Positions 13,445-26,870 of a stretch of DNA of 64,000 bases are shown here, in pieces (position 1 is the first letter of the stretch; every line of letters starts with the position of its first letter). The position numbers were made by a program, and so were the translations under genes. Below the pieces are notes generated by a model, which was not told the origin of the DNA, searched no databases, and worked only from the letters and a program-made list of their open reading frames with translations. Source of the DNA: Felis catus (taxonomy: Eukaryota); contig NC_058369.1 in the NCBI RefSeq assembly GCF_018350175.1, positions 10,976,001 through 11,040,000 of the forward strand, read 5' to 3'.

Positions 13445-14114
13445 GATCTTTTCAGGCACCGGGCTGAGCTTGAAATTGTATGTGTATTGTCTCATTTATT
13501 TTTTTCAAAAGCCATTCTATGAGGGCCATAATGTTAGGAGCCTCATTCCACATTTGCAGAGATGTGACTTGGAAGGGTTGAGTGGTCACCCCAGAATTAT
13601 GGACTGGACCATTATGAACTGATGTGCTTCTATTGGAATGCTGAGTTCTCTTGCTCTAGACCAGTGGATCTCAGCCAGGGATGATTTTGCCTCCAAAGGA
13701 CACTTGAAAATACCTGGAGAAAGTTTTGTTTGTCATAGCTTAGGAAGTGCTTCTGCTAATTTGACATGCCCAGGGTGGCCCAGAAATTCTGCCTTGTAAC
13801 TAGCTCCCTGTTGTTACTTTGACAATCTTGGTCTGTAGACAACCTTTGCATATTAAGACTGTGGTCCAGTGGTAGAATCAAGTGTGAGTATTTTGGGGTG
13901 TTCTTCTATAAGAATCCCCCTACCTACCTCAGGTCTGACCTTAGGCAGTCAAATGTGGGACTCAGTGGTTCAGCTTCTTTATACACAAGTTTGCAGGTGT
14001 CTCTTTTTCCTCATGACAGGAAATGAACCTTCCAAGCCTTTGTTCCTTTATCTGTAAACTAGAGAAATTCCATCTAAGCATTTGGTGTGAGAATCCTTTT
14101 GGTTAGTAATATCT

Positions 14115-14322
14115 TTTTAAAAAATTTAATGTTTATTTATTTTTGAGAGAGAGAGAGAGAGAGCATGAGTAGAGGAGGGCAGAGGGAGACACAGAATCCA
14201 AAGCAGGCTCTAGGCTCTGAGCTGTCACCACAGAGCTTGATGCAGGGCTTGAACCCACAAACCGTGAGATCATAACCTGAGCCAAAGTCAGACGCTTAAC
14301 CAACTGAGCCATGCAGGCACCC
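14115..14322 (-). mobile_element. Can-SINE
   Basis: Typical body and (GA)n/T tail. Confidence 0.88.
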
Positions 14323-14944
14323 TGAGAAGTTAGTAATTTTTTAGATCTCACAGGGAATTACCTGGCACAGAGAAGGTGCTCAATCCACAGGGGCTACTGT
14401 GACCTTCTAAGTTCCACATTGACTAAGTTGATGATGACACGCCCCTCCAAAAAAGTCTCTTGGGACAGGAAGTGAGTCCAGGATTATTCTGCTTCAGGGG
14501 CAGTTTTTTGGGTGGGTTGGGAATGCAGTGGGTGTAGATGGCAGCATCTGACACAACTGGGGGCCCAGGCACTTACTGGCACACTCTTACATTCATCCCT
14601 GGGTGAAGTCCCTGGCTGAGATCTCCTGGGGCACTAAGCGTGCTGCCTTGGGATAGAGCTTATGTGGGTAAAGTATAATTGTTCCTCTTACTCTCCTCAA
14701 CGCGTTCAATATTGAGTGTTTTTTGCTCCAACTTTGGGCTTGAGTTTCTTCATCAGGCCCCTGGACTTCCATGAAGATACTCTCAGCAATGAGTTACTGT
14801 CTTTTCTTAGGGAAAAGATGTGAGAAAACTCCAATTTCACCGTTTTGACGATCTGGTTTTTTAATTGGGAAAATACATGTTTTCTAGAAGCTCCACTAAC
14901 AGATTTCAGCTCACATATGTTTGAGCAAACTTGTGTCACATGGT

Positions 14945-15500
14945 ATGGTCAGCAGAATGATGGCCTTCCAAAAATGTCTGCTTCCCAATCCTCAGAAGCT
15001 GTGAAAATGTTAGGTTACAAGGGAAAAGGGATTAAAGTTATAGAAGGAATTAAGTTTGCTCATCACCTGATCTTAAGATAGAGGTTATCTGGGGCTAACT
15101 CGATTTGCTCATCACCTGATCTTAAGATAGAGGTTATCTGGGGCTAACTGGATGAAGCCCTTGTAATCCCAAGGGTCCATGAAGAGAAAAAGGAGGCAGC
15201 TTAAGGGTCCAGGAAATGAGAGAAGGGAAAGACTCAGTCAGCCACTGCTGGCATTGAAGACCCAGGATGGAGCCATAGGACAAGGGAGGAGGATGTTCCC
15301 TAGAAGCTGGAGAAGGCAAGAAAGGGGGTTATCCTCCTGGAATCTCTAGAAAGGAATGCAGCTGTGAAGACATCTTGATTTCTATACCAGGGAGACCCAT
15401 TTTGGACTTCTGATCTCCAGAACTGTAAGCTAATACCTTTGTGTTCTTTTTAAGCCAAGTCTGCCATCGCTGGTTACAACAGCAACAGTAAGCCAAAGCA
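14945..15500 (+). mobile_element. MLT1(D-like) MaLR LTR containing a 49-bp tandem duplication
   Basis: CAGAATGATGGCC start; GGAATTAAGTTTGCT, CTAGAAGCTGGAGAAGGCAAG, GACTTCTGATCTCCAGAACTGTAAG. Confidence 0.8.
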
Positions 15501-15710
15501 CATGATGACCCCTTTATTAATGTTTTGAGTATATTGCCACCCCCATCAATATCCTGCTACTAGGAAAAAGGGGAGAATCAATATTGGAAAGGCAACATAG
15601 CCTCTGTTCTTGATTAGAACCTGTAATAAACTTCCATTTCACCAAACTGTGAAATTGACAGGAGAATAAGAAAACACAAATCCTATAAAATAAAATATGT
15701 CATATTATAA

Positions 15711-15917
15711 TTTTTTAATGTTTATTTATTTTTGAGAGAGAGACAGAGTGTGAGCTGGGGAAGGGGAAGAGAGAGGGGGAGACACAGAATCTGAAGGGGG
15801 CTCCAGGCTCTGAGCTGTCAGCACAGAGCCCGATGTGGGGCTCGAACCCATGAACCGCGAGATCATGACCTGAGCCAAAGCCGGATGCTTAGCCTACTGA
15901 GCCACCCAGGCGACCCA
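15711..15917 (-). mobile_element. Can-SINE
   Basis: Typical body; imperfect TSD ATAAAATATGTCATTATA / ATAAAATCTGGCATTATA. Confidence 0.9.
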
Positions 15918-17051
15918 TAAAATCTGGCATATTATAAAAGTGGAATAAAAAAAACCAATGAGGGAAGCAAGGCTTTTGAAATAAGAGGTGCTTGGACAAT
16001 TTGTTATTAGTTAGAAGCAAAATAACATTAAATTTCTATCTTAATGACAACCGCTTGTTGGCATAAAGAGAGTGAACATGTAGAAAAGCAAAATGAATAA
16101 AGTGAACTTGTAGAAAAAACATAGCAGTGGACATCTAGAAGAAAGATTAGGTTAATCCTCTGAGCGTAAACCAGATGGAAGAAAAAGCAAAGAACTGAGA
16201 ACATAATCAATGGATTCCAGTGCCTTGAAGTCTGTAGGTCCAACAATAAAGAAAATTTACAAACAAGTGTAAAACTAGGGAAAATATTTAGAACACGTTG
16301 GATATTACAAAGCATAAAGTGTAGACATATAAAAAATTAGTTTAACCCAATTAGAATAAAAATACCTGAGAAATGGTCTAAAGATGCAAACCAAAAATAT
16401 AGGAAGAAAACATGCAAATAAATATACAAACTTGAAAATGTGCTAAACTTTGTAACAATCCAATGAAGTGAAATTATAATATTAAGGAAAACTTAATAAA
16501 CCTCAGTGTAGGGTTTGGATTTAAAACTCCGTCATTAGAGCTATACCAGGCACTGTAAAGATAGGTAAGAGACAGTTCTGAAACTCAAGAAATCTGTAGA
16601 GTGGACAAGTTGAGAAATTTAATAACGTTGATGGGACTGGAAGGAAAGTAGATCAGGAAAAAAACGTGGAGGGGATCAAATCTTTGGGTTCATTTTATTC
16701 ACGTGACCTGAGAAAACATCTCTGTAAATGAGTTTTCAGGACATTTCCAAAATAGGCACACATCCCATCCCTCTGAGGATAGATATTAAATACATGAGAT
16801 TTGATTCATTTTTTTAAAGAAATCCAAACCATTACCAAATATAACTGAGAAAATATCAGGTTCTGTTCACACCAAGTTAAAATGAGTGGTTATAAAGTGA
16901 AAAAGGGAACTCAAGATATAGCCTGAAGAAAAATCAAGAGGGCAGGGAAGACCCCAGGAAAGTACTGCTTTAAAACAGGTACAACTGGGGAAAAAATAAA
17001 GATATTGGATGAAGCAAGCCAGATTTCTGGGCCTCCATATTGTGCACCCAG

Positions 17052-18017
17052 TTACCATAAGACTCCTCCGGAGACCCCACTGCTGAGAGGCACCACCCTG
17101 CTGAGGAATCTCCTTAGAGCCCCCTTCATGTCCCTATTCCTCAGACTGTAGATGAAGGGGTTCAGCATGGGCGTGACAATTGTGTACATCACTGAGGCCA
17201 CCAGACTTGTCCTAGAGGATGAAGTCACTGCAGAACTGAGGTAGACCCCAAGACCTGTGCCATAGAACAAGGAGACCACCGAGAGGTGAGACCCACACGT
17301 GGAAAAGGCTTTGTACTTGCCAGTAGCTGAGGAAATGTTGAGTATGGAGGAAACAATATGAAAGTAGGACAAAAGTATTCCGTTGAAAGGAATCACGGCC
17401 AGAAGGCCAGTTGCAGAATACACCACCATGGTATTGACGAAGGTGTCAGAACAGGCAAGCTTCAGGACTTCGGGAAGATCACAAAAGAAGTGTGGGATTT
17501 CCATGTTTGTGCAGAAGGACAGCCTCAAAAGGGTCAAGGTCTCGAGCAGGGAACCCATGATACTGAGGCACCAGGATCCCAATGCCAACAGCCCACAGAA
17601 CTGGCCGTTCATGATGATTGAGTAGTGCAGGGGGTGACAGATGGCCACAAAGCGGTCATAGGCCATCGCGGTCAGGAGTAAGTTGTCCAGGCATCCAAAC
17701 ACAATGAAAAAAAAAATCTGGCTGAGGCAGCCTTTATATGTTATGATTGTGCTCTGAGTCTGGATGTTCCAGAGCATCTTCGGGACAGTAGTGGAGGTAA
17801 AACAGATGTCAGCCAAGGACAGGTTGGAAAGGAAGAAGTACATGGGGGTGTGGAGGAGGGAGTCAGAGCAGATGGCCAGGATGATGAGCAGATTCCCAGT
17901 GACCGTGACCAAGTATATGGACAGGAACAGCCCAAAGAGCACAAATTGAATATCTGACTTTGCTGAAAATCCCAAGAGGAGAAATTCCGAAGCACGCGTT
18001 TGATTTCCTGATTCCAT
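17052..18017 (-). CDS. OR7C1: Olfactory receptor, OR7C1-like, 321 aa, intact
   Basis: Full OR motif set. [46 protein letters not shown] closely match human OR7C1 as I recall it. Orthology was not tested. Acceptor at 18031-18032. Confidence 0.9.
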   Translation of the reverse strand: MESGNQTRASEFLLLGFSAKSDIQFVLFGLFLSIYLVTVTGNLLIILAICSDSLLHTPMYFFLSNLSLADICFTSTTVPKMLWNIQTQSTIITYKGCLSQIFFFIVFGCLDNLLLTAMAYDRFVAICHPLHYSIIMNGQFCGLLALGSWCLSIMGSLLETLTLLRLSFCTNMEIPHFFCDLPEVLKLACSDTFVNTMVVYSATGLLAVIPFNGILLSYFHIVSSILNISSATGKYKAFSTCGSHLSVVSLFYGTGLGVYLSSAVTSSSRTSLVASVMYTIVTPMLNPFIYSLRNRDMKGALRRFLSRVVPLSSGVSGGVLW

Positions 18018-18249
18018 GTGGATGAAACCACTACCAGGAAAGAGAGGGGGGGAAAAAAATCAACGTTCAATTACCATCACTTTGATGGCACAGAAATGTG
18101 GTTGCCTTCGATTTCAGGTGAATGGATTAATAAAGTACTGCCCCTTATATCATTGCCTCAGTTGGGGAGTTTTAAATGCTTTCATCCTTCCTTTGCTACC
18201 GCTACTCGCTGGAAATGTAATCCTCGTCCCAAAGCAGCTGCCCCCCTTC

Positions 18250-18412
18250 ATCGCCTGGCTACTCAGAGTGTGGTCTGTGGATCAGCAGGATCAACATTGC
18301 CCACGAGCTTATGTGAATGCCAAGTCCCAGGCCACATTCAGAAGCCGAATCAGAAGCTACACTGCAACAAGGTCGCAGAGTCTCACCTGTTCATTCATGA
18401 CTGCGTAGTGCT
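18250..18412. mobile_element. MER5A-like hAT DNA transposon remnant
   Basis: CTACTCAGAGTGTGGTC..CAGCA..GAATCAGAA motifs typical of MER5A. Confidence 0.55.
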
Positions 18413-18746
18413 GGTCTAGAACCTCTGTGGCATCAGGTCCTTCAACTTTTATCTCCCCACTTTTATTTTCTTCTACATCTTGGGTCAAGCCTCCTTACTT
18501 AATATGTAGGCAAAAATTGGAGCCCAATTAATAGAGCTTTTTTCTGCCCTCCGTGTGGAGTTCATAGTTTCATTCATTGGCCTTAACTATTCCAAACACT
18601 GCTTATGAAGCCTGAATTTAGTTTTTCAATGCAAATATCTATAAAAGGTATACAAGCACCGCATATTAGGCTGATGTTACATTTGGGTATTTTTTGTTTT
18701 TAAGGTTAAGATTCAGAGCTTTTATACACATACATATGTTGTAGAC

Positions 18747-19495
18747 TGTGGGGCTAAAGTTCTTTGTTGTCTCGCAAGAAAGCGGGATGCAGGATTAAAA
18801 TGCGAGAGATGGCTAACGTCCGGGAGAAGACAAGAGCCCTGATTAAGGGTCCTTGCTCTGTTTTTACTAGGATCAGAAGGCTTACAGACATGGTGATGCA
18901 CGTGCACAAAGAGACAATGAAACTGTGAACATTAACTCATGGACAGGAGGGAAAGGGGGTTTTGAAGATATGTGGGGTTAGGGGCTTGGGTTAATACAAA
19001 ACAAAACCCTGGCCCTGGGAGGCTAGGTGGAAGGTTGTTTACAACAGACATGAGGCACCACCTCTGTTTACCAAAATTGGTCTAGAGGACAAGAAAGACA
19101 GAGCATGCTACCTCAGGGTCAACAAGGCACCTTTCTTTTGTTAATTAGCTCCACTCTGGGCAACTTCACCCTGCAGAGGTCTATAGCCCTGTTTACCTGT
19201 TGACCTAATTGGGTCCTTCCTTCCTGGGAAAGCAGCTTTCTGCTATTGTACTAAGTTGGGGGGGGGGGTGCTTCCTCCCTGAATACCAAATCTTGTTTAC
19301 CTCATACCTTTGTTCTGTACTGGGGACTTTGTCCCGCCCTCTCTATACTGGGGTCTCTGCCCAGCCCTCTCTATACCTATGTACCTAATCTTGTTTACCC
19401 AAACTTGGTTGTGAGCATCCTGTGGCTTTCTAATTCCTGATGCCTTGTTAACCCATCCGTGCAAGCCCAGGGAATTCCTAAGCTTATTCCCTGCA
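18747..19495 (-). mobile_element. Probable solo ERV LTR, ~750 bp
   Basis: Termini TGTGGGG...CCCTGCA; minus-strand AGTAAAAA followed by CAGGGCTC (R-like); composition differs from flanks; no clean TSD seen. Confidence 0.6.
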
Positions 19496-19581
19496 TGCAC
19501 ACGCACTTTAAAGAGAACCTACAAAATTCTCTCTCCAGATAAATAAGCAAACAAATTAATTAATTAAAATATTTGAAACAA

Positions 19582-20265
19582 TGGGGTGTTTGGGTGGCTC
19601 AGTCAGTTAAGCATCTGACTCTTTTTTAAATTTTTTAAATTTTTTTAATGTTTATTTTTGAGACAGAGAGCGTGAACAGGGGAGGGGCAGAGAGAGAGAG
19701 ACGGAGACGCAGAATCTGAAACAGGCTCCAGGCTCGGAGCTGTCAACACAGAACCCGACACAGGGCTCGAACCCATGAACTGCAAGGTCATGACCTGACC
19801 TGAAGTCGGACGCTTAACCGACTGAGCCACCCAGGTCCCCTCTTTTTAAAATTTTTTTTAATGTTTTTTTATTCTTGAAAGAGAGAGAGAGAGAGACAGA
19901 ACATGAACAGGGGAGGGGCAGAGAGAGAAAGGGAGACACAGAATCCGAAGCAGGCTCCAGGCTCCGAGCTGTCAGCACAGAGCCCAACGTGGGGCTCGAA
20001 CCCACAAGCCATGAGATCATGACCTGAGCTGAAGTCGGATGCTTAACTGACTGAGCCACCCAGGAGCCCCAAGCATCTAACTCTTGATTCCGGCTTAGGT
20101 ATGATCTCACAGTTCCTGATTTCGAGCCCCATATTGGGTTCTACCCTGAGTGTTGAGCCTGCTTAGGATTCTGTCTCTCTCCCTCTGTCCCTTCCCCAAT
20201 CACAGTATCTCTAAATAAATAAATACATACATAAATAAATAAATAGATAAATAAATAAAATCTTT
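19582..20265. mobile_element. Nested SINE cluster: plus-strand SINE split by two tandem minus-strand SINEs (~19625-19839 and ~19845-20070)
   Basis: TSD AAGCATCTGACTCTT / AAGCATCTAACTCTT flanks the inner pair; CTCTTTTTAAA-like duplication flanks the innermost copy. Confidence 0.85.
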
Positions 20266-22807
20266 AAAAAGAGCTTACAAAATAATTGATGTCAGAGAAA
20301 ATGATGGAGCAGAGAACTCCACAGGCCCAAGACTTCACAAAAGCACTGAAAATACTGAGGAATATTGTCAGCATCAACTTTACCAGGAATTTTAAAAAGT
20401 AGTTGATGGTTTAGTTGGTTACTCATTAAATTCCCTCACTACTTAGGTGAATCCATAAGCACAGGAGTTCTTTATCTTAGAAAGAGCACTTCTTTCTTCA
20501 GCTTTGGCCTCCACTCTGAAAGATGGCCAAAGAAACAATCCCAGAGTCCCTGAGTTGGAGATTCTCCACACTCAGAAGGAATGAGATATCCATTGTTTTG
20601 AGGCCCATTGAAATTCTGCTACCTTCCTTCAGAGATATGGGGATATCCCCCTGACTGTGCCCTACATCACCTAAGACAACCCCAAGAGCATCGCCATGTC
20701 TCTTCTGTTGATCCACTGAGGGAGGACCCAAAAACTGGAAATCATTTCAAGTGTGAGGGACAAAATATTTGAGCCATGATAACAATGTTCCTGCCTCACC
20801 CATCCTACGGTGTGGCTATTACCATGTGTGATGCTTCTAGCCTATGTTCAGAAACATTTCAAGAACCTGAATTGGCTGGAGACATTGCTCTTTCCACCAC
20901 ACAATGTGACTTTCATGAGAATTGGGGAGATCACTGTCTTTTTGCCTTAGTAATAAGAAGGGTCAGGTTCTATCAACAATTTTATTTGAATGTTATGGAT
21001 AATATGAATCTTGTAATTAATCATTGTGCCAGAGATTGCCTATGTAACACATCTATTCTCTTCTTTCCTGTTGATGGAATCTGACTCTATTTGGAGGCGG
21101 TCATACGCTCAGCTAAGATGCTATATTTCCCACCTTCTCATTCAATCATGGATAGTTGGTGGAAAGTATGAGAAGTTATTGAGTGGGAATATTGGAGTGC
21201 TCTTTAGAAGACTTTCTCCTTTCTATCTCTTCCTTGCCTAGAATTCACACATGACCCCACAGCTGACATATCTTGGAAAACCACACACCACGGATGTGGA
21301 AGCAGAGATGGAATGAACCCTTGTTCCTCATGTTAGCATAAAGTCGTCGTGCCACTTCCTTGAAGAGGGGAAGCAAATACCCCTAGTTGAATATGAACCC
21401 TTTTTCTTCTTAGTCTTTCCATTTATACAGCCAAATTTAATCCTAACAGCACAAAAAGAGTCCTTTGTCTTCAATGGAATTCTCAGTCATATCAGGGGCC
21501 GAATTTTGGCACCCATGGTAACATTTCATGGTAGATATTTCACTTACTCATGTAATTATTCCTCTGGGTTTGGGTCTCCTTTCCTTTGGCCACGTTATTT
21601 CTCTTGTCATATACACTTAAGGCATTTTGTCCTAAGTATTGTGTAATTTCCCCAAAATTCTTTTGGAATGTGTCATGCGAATGAGTAAGTGAATAAAGAA
21701 ATGGTGTTTTTCAGATGGCACCATGTCCTGGACACTCGATCCGTCATATCGGTCCTCCCATAGCATACTGTGACACCTCCTTCTACTCTCTCTTGTGCTG
21801 ATGAAAAAGGATACACAGAATAGAAGAAACATTTCCAAGGTCTATCAGGCACTGGATGGAAAGGGGAAATTCCAACTCACATCTGCCTGACTCCAACTCA
21901 AGGCCCTTCTCACTCTGCGGGGCTGCCTCACACATTCAGTGCTTCACAAACAAGAGGAAAGGCTAACTTGGGAATAAAGCAGAACCCGAGACAGGTGAAC
22001 AGACATAAGGGAGGGACAGTTCCTGCTGCAGAAAGAGAGAGGCCCTGGAATGATGCTCGGAGAAGAGAAGTGAGAAGAATGGATCTGAGAAGGTATGAAG
22101 GGTCTTCTTCAGACTGAAATGAGAAGGATTTGGAATCATTGGTTAAGAAAGGCATGGTTAAGAAAAGCCTTCCTGCCTTCCACACCACTTTTCTAGAGTA
22201 CTTACTGGACTACTCTGGCTTCCCCAGATGCATCACTCAATGGATTTGGCTCTACTGGTCCTTCCTTCCAGGGACAATTGATGTAGAAAGGGCAAGAAAT
22301 GGATGGTCAGGAAGGAGCTGGTTCTTTGGATTAGTTGAACATCTAGGAAGGTCATCCTCATGGTGAGGATGCTTTCAGCCTATGGCTGATGAGCAGCAGG
22401 TGAGCTCTGCAGAGGCGATTCAGAGGCTGAATTCTCAGAGCCCCATATTGCCTGTATTCCCTTAGTGGGGCTCAATTCTCTAAGCAATTTAGCTTATCAG
22501 AAGCCAAGGGACCATAAATAAAGGAAACTTTTCTGCCATTTCAGTCCCCATGTGTCCACCTTGGGAGTCAGGTGCATATTCCCTTTCCACCAATGGATCC
22601 ATCTCCCCTGGAGTGGACATCTCGCCCATGCATGTAACCTCTTATGCAGGCGCATCAAATACACCACCCCGTGAGCCTCTGAGCTGCTGTGAGTGACTGG
22701 ATCTCCAATTCAGAGATGGGACTGGATTGTCCAGTTCAGAGATATGGCTATGTTGCCTGACCACATCCATCCCAGATAAGATCCTCCCTGAAACTTCATC
22801 CCAACTT

Positions 22808-25800
22808 CTATTTTTTTATTATTATTAGTTAAATTCAAGTTAGTTAACATACAGTATAGTCTTGGCTTCAGGAGTAGAACTCAGTGATTCATTGCTTACA
22901 TATGACACCCAGTGCTCATCCCAAAAAGCACCTTCCTTAATGCTCATCATCCATTTAACTCATTCTCCCACCCACCTCCCCTTAAGCAACCCTCAGCTTC
23001 TTCTCTGCATTTAAGAATCTCTTCTGGTTTGCTTCCCTCTCTGTTTTTATCTTATTTTTCCTTTCCTTCCCCTATGTCCATCTGTTGTGTTTCTCAAATT
23101 CCACACAGCAGTGAAATCATATGATACCTGTCTTTCTCTGGCTGACTTATTTCACTTAGCATAATACCCTCTAGTTCCATCCACATCACTGAAAATGGCA
23201 AGATTTCATTCTTTATCATCACTGAGTAGTATTCCATTCTGTATGTATACCACATCTTTAACCATTAATCAGTTGACGAACATTTGGGCTTTTTCCATAA
23301 TTTGGCTATTGTTGATAGTGCTGCTATAAATATTGGAGTGCATGTGCTCCTTTGAATCAGCATTTTTGTATCATTTGGATAAATACATAGTAATGCAATT
23401 GCTGTGTCATAAGGTAGTTCTATTTTTTGAGGAAACTCCATCCTGTTTTCCAGAATGGCTGCACAAGTTCATATTCCCACCAACAGTGCCTGAGGGTTCC
23501 TTTTCTCCACATTCTCACCAAATGTTGTTTCTTGTGTTTTTTTATTTTAGCCATTCTGACAGGTGTGAAGTGATATCTCATTGTGGTTTTGATTTGTGTT
23601 TCCCTGATGATGAGTGATGCTGAGCATCTTTTCATGTGTCTGTTGGCTATCTGAATGTCTTCTTTAGAGAAATGTCTATTCATATCCTCTGCCCATTTTT
23701 TAATTGGAGTGTTTGGGTTTTTTGGTGTTGAGTTGTAGGAGTTCTTTATGTATTTTAGATATTAACCCCTTATCAGATATATTATATTTTCTCCCATTCA
23801 CTAGGTTGCCTTTTTTTGTTTTATTGTTTCCTTTGCTATGTAAAAGATTCTAATTTTGATTTAGTCCTAACAGTTTATTTTTACTTTTGTTTCCCTAGTC
23901 TTAGGAGACTTACCTGGAAAATGTTGCTATAGCTGATGTCAGAGAAATTAATGCCTGTGTTCTTTTCTAGGATTTTTATAGTTTCAGGTCTCACATTTAG
24001 GCCTTTAATCCATTTTTAGCTTCTTTTTGTGTATGGTGTAAGAAAGTGGTCCCATTTCATTGTTTTACACATAGCTGTCCAGTTTTCCCAGCACCATTTA
24101 TTGAAAAACTTTGCCTTTTCCCCATATTCTCACCTCTTTTGTCATAGATTAATTGACCATATAATCATGGGTTTATTTCTGGAGTCTCTATTCTGTTCCA
24201 TTGACCTATGTGTCTATTTTTGCACCAATACCATACTGCATTGATAACTACAGCTTTGGAGTATATCTTGAAATCTGCTATTGTGATACCTCCAGCTCTG
24301 TTCTTCATTCTCAGGATTACTTTGGCTACTCAGGGCCTTCCATAATTCCATACAAATTTAAGATCATTTGGTCTAGTTTTGTGAAAACTACTGTTGTATT
24401 TTGATAGAGATTGCACTGAGTCTGTAGGTTGCTTTGGGTAATATGGACATTTTCACAATATTAATTCTTTCAACCATGAGCATGGAGTATCCTACCATTT
24501 CTTTATGCTATCTTCAATTTCTTTTATCAGTGTTTTATAGTTTTTGGAGTATAGGTCTTTCACTTCTTTGGTTAAGTTTATTCCTAAGTATTTTATTCTT
24601 TTTGGTGCAATTGTGTTTTATATTTTTTTCTTTCATTCTTAGTGTATAGAAATGTTACTGATTACTGGGTATTGGTTTTGTATCTTGCACTATACTGAAC
24701 TCATTTATTACTTCTAGTAATTATTTGGTAGAGTTTTTTGAATTTTCTATTCTTTAATGTTTATTTATTTTGGAGAGAGACAGACAGAGTGTGAGCAGGA
24801 AATGGACAGAGAGAGAGAGGCAGACATAGAATCCAAAGTAGGCTTCAGACTCTGAGCTGTCATTACAGAGCTCCATGCCAGGCTCGGACTCATGAATCAT
24901 GAGATCATGACCTAAGTGGAAGTCAGACACTTAACCAACTGAGCCACCCAGGCTCTCCTGAACTTTCTGTGTATAGAATCATGTTGTCTGCAAATAGTGA
25001 CAGTTTAACTTCTTTACCAATATGGATGCCTTTTATTTCTTTTCTTGTCTGATTGCTAAGGCTAGGACTTCCAGTACTATGTTGAATACCATACTGTGTG
25101 AGAGTGGACATCTTTGTCTTGTTCCTGACACTAGGGGGAAACCTCTCAGCTTTCACCATTAAGTATGATGTTTGTTAGCTGTGGATTTTTCATATATGTC
25201 CTTTATTATGTTGAGGTACGTTCCCACTAACCCCACTTCATTGAGAGTTTTTATCATGAACAAATATTGAATTTTGTCAAATGCTTTTTCTGCATCTATC
25301 GAGATGATCATATGATTTTTATCCTTCATTTTGTTGATGTGGTATATGACATTGATTGATTTGCAAATATTGAAACATCCTTGTATCCCTGAAATAAATC
25401 ACATGTGATCATGGTGAATGATCTTTTTAATATATTGTTGTAGGTAGTTGGCTGATATTTTCTTGAGGATTTTTGAATCTATCTTCATCAAGGATATTGG
25501 CCTGTAGTTTTATTTTTTTGTGGTGTCTTTGTCTGGTTCTGGTATCAGGATAATGCTGGCCTCACAGAATGTATTTAGAAGCTTTCCTTCCTCTTCTATT
25601 CTTTGGAAGAGTTTGAGGAGAATAGATATTAACTCTTCTTTAAATGTCTGGTAGAATTCACCTGTGAATCCATCTGGTCCTGAACTTTCAGTTTTTGGTA
25701 GCTTTTTGATTACCATTTCAATTTTCTTACTGTTAATTGGTCTGTTCAGATTTTCTATGTCTTCCCTGTTCCCTTTTGGCAAATTGTATGTTTTTTAGGA

Positions 25801-26120
25801 CTTCATTCATTTCTGCTAAGTTGTCCACTTTGTTGGCATATAATTTTTCATAGTTTTCTTACAATTCTCTGTATTTCTCTGGTGTCAGTTGTTACTTCTC
25901 CTCTCTCATTTTTGATTTTATTTATTTGGGTCCTTTCTCTTTTTTTCTTGATTAATTTTCCTAAAGTTTGTCAATTTTGTTTATTTTTTTCAAAGAACCA
26001 GCTCTTGTTTCACTGACTTTGTTCCACTGTTTTTTTTTTTTAGTCTCTGTGTCATTTATTTCTGCTGTGATCTTTATTATTTCCTTTATTCTACTCATGT
26101 TGGGCGCTTTTTTTCTTTAG
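22808..26120 (-). mobile_element. L1, ~3.3 kb 5'-truncated (RT region to 3' UTR), degraded
   Basis: Minus ORFs with L1 ORF2 motifs ([41 protein letters not shown]); T-tail at 22810. Confidence 0.92.
24753..24958 (-). mobile_element. Can-SINE in L1
   Basis: Typical body; imperfect TSD TGAATTTTCT / TGAACTTTCT. Confidence 0.88.
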
Positions 26121-26434
26121 GAATGAGTACATTGAATATAAAATCAGTACCTGATAGTGACTTAGAGCAGGCATATCAAATGTGAATTGCCTTAACTTAA
26201 TTTCACTGGTCCTGTATCCATATAGACACTTTGCCTTCTTTTTAGTTGGAAGAGAGCTCTTCCCCCCCTCCCCGTTTGATGTGAATCAGCTACCAATACT
26301 CTAGATCCTACCCTCAGCCATGCTCTACTAGACTTTTTTCCTTTTAACTATATCATTGGAATATACTTATATACATTAAACTGTGCTTATTAAATGTAGA
26401 TAGTACATATGCACTTATATATAAATAGACATTT

Positions 26435-26870
26435 TTGTGGTTGTGAAAAATTACCATGCTGCTGGCTTAAAACAATTAAATTTATGTTTTGATAGTTCTG
26501 GAAGTCAGAAGTCTGAAATAAGTCTTCCTGGGCTAAAAAGCACTCTGTCTGCAGAGAAGGAGGTCTGGGAGACCTAAAGCCACCTGTATTCCCTGGCCCA
26601 CAGTCCCTCCCTTTATCTTCAAAGCTAGCAACATAGCATCTCAAAATCTCTCTGATTCCAACTCTTTTGCCTCCCTTTTCCACATTTGGAGGCCCCTTGT
26701 GATCTATTGAGCCCACCTGGATAATCAGAACAAGTTTATCTTAAGGCCAGCTGACTGGAAATGTTGGTACCATTTTCAAACATAATTCTCACTTGTGATG
26801 ACACAAGACATAGCCCAAGAGTCTTTAATTAAAATGTGGAAATATTTGGGGGGATGTTATTCTGCCTACT
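26435..26870 (-). mobile_element. MLT1-like LTR remnant (paralogous copy)
   Basis: GGCTTAAAACAA, TTCTGGAAGTCAGAAGTCTGAAAT, GCCCACCTGGATAATC, TATTCTGCCTAC. Confidence 0.7.
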
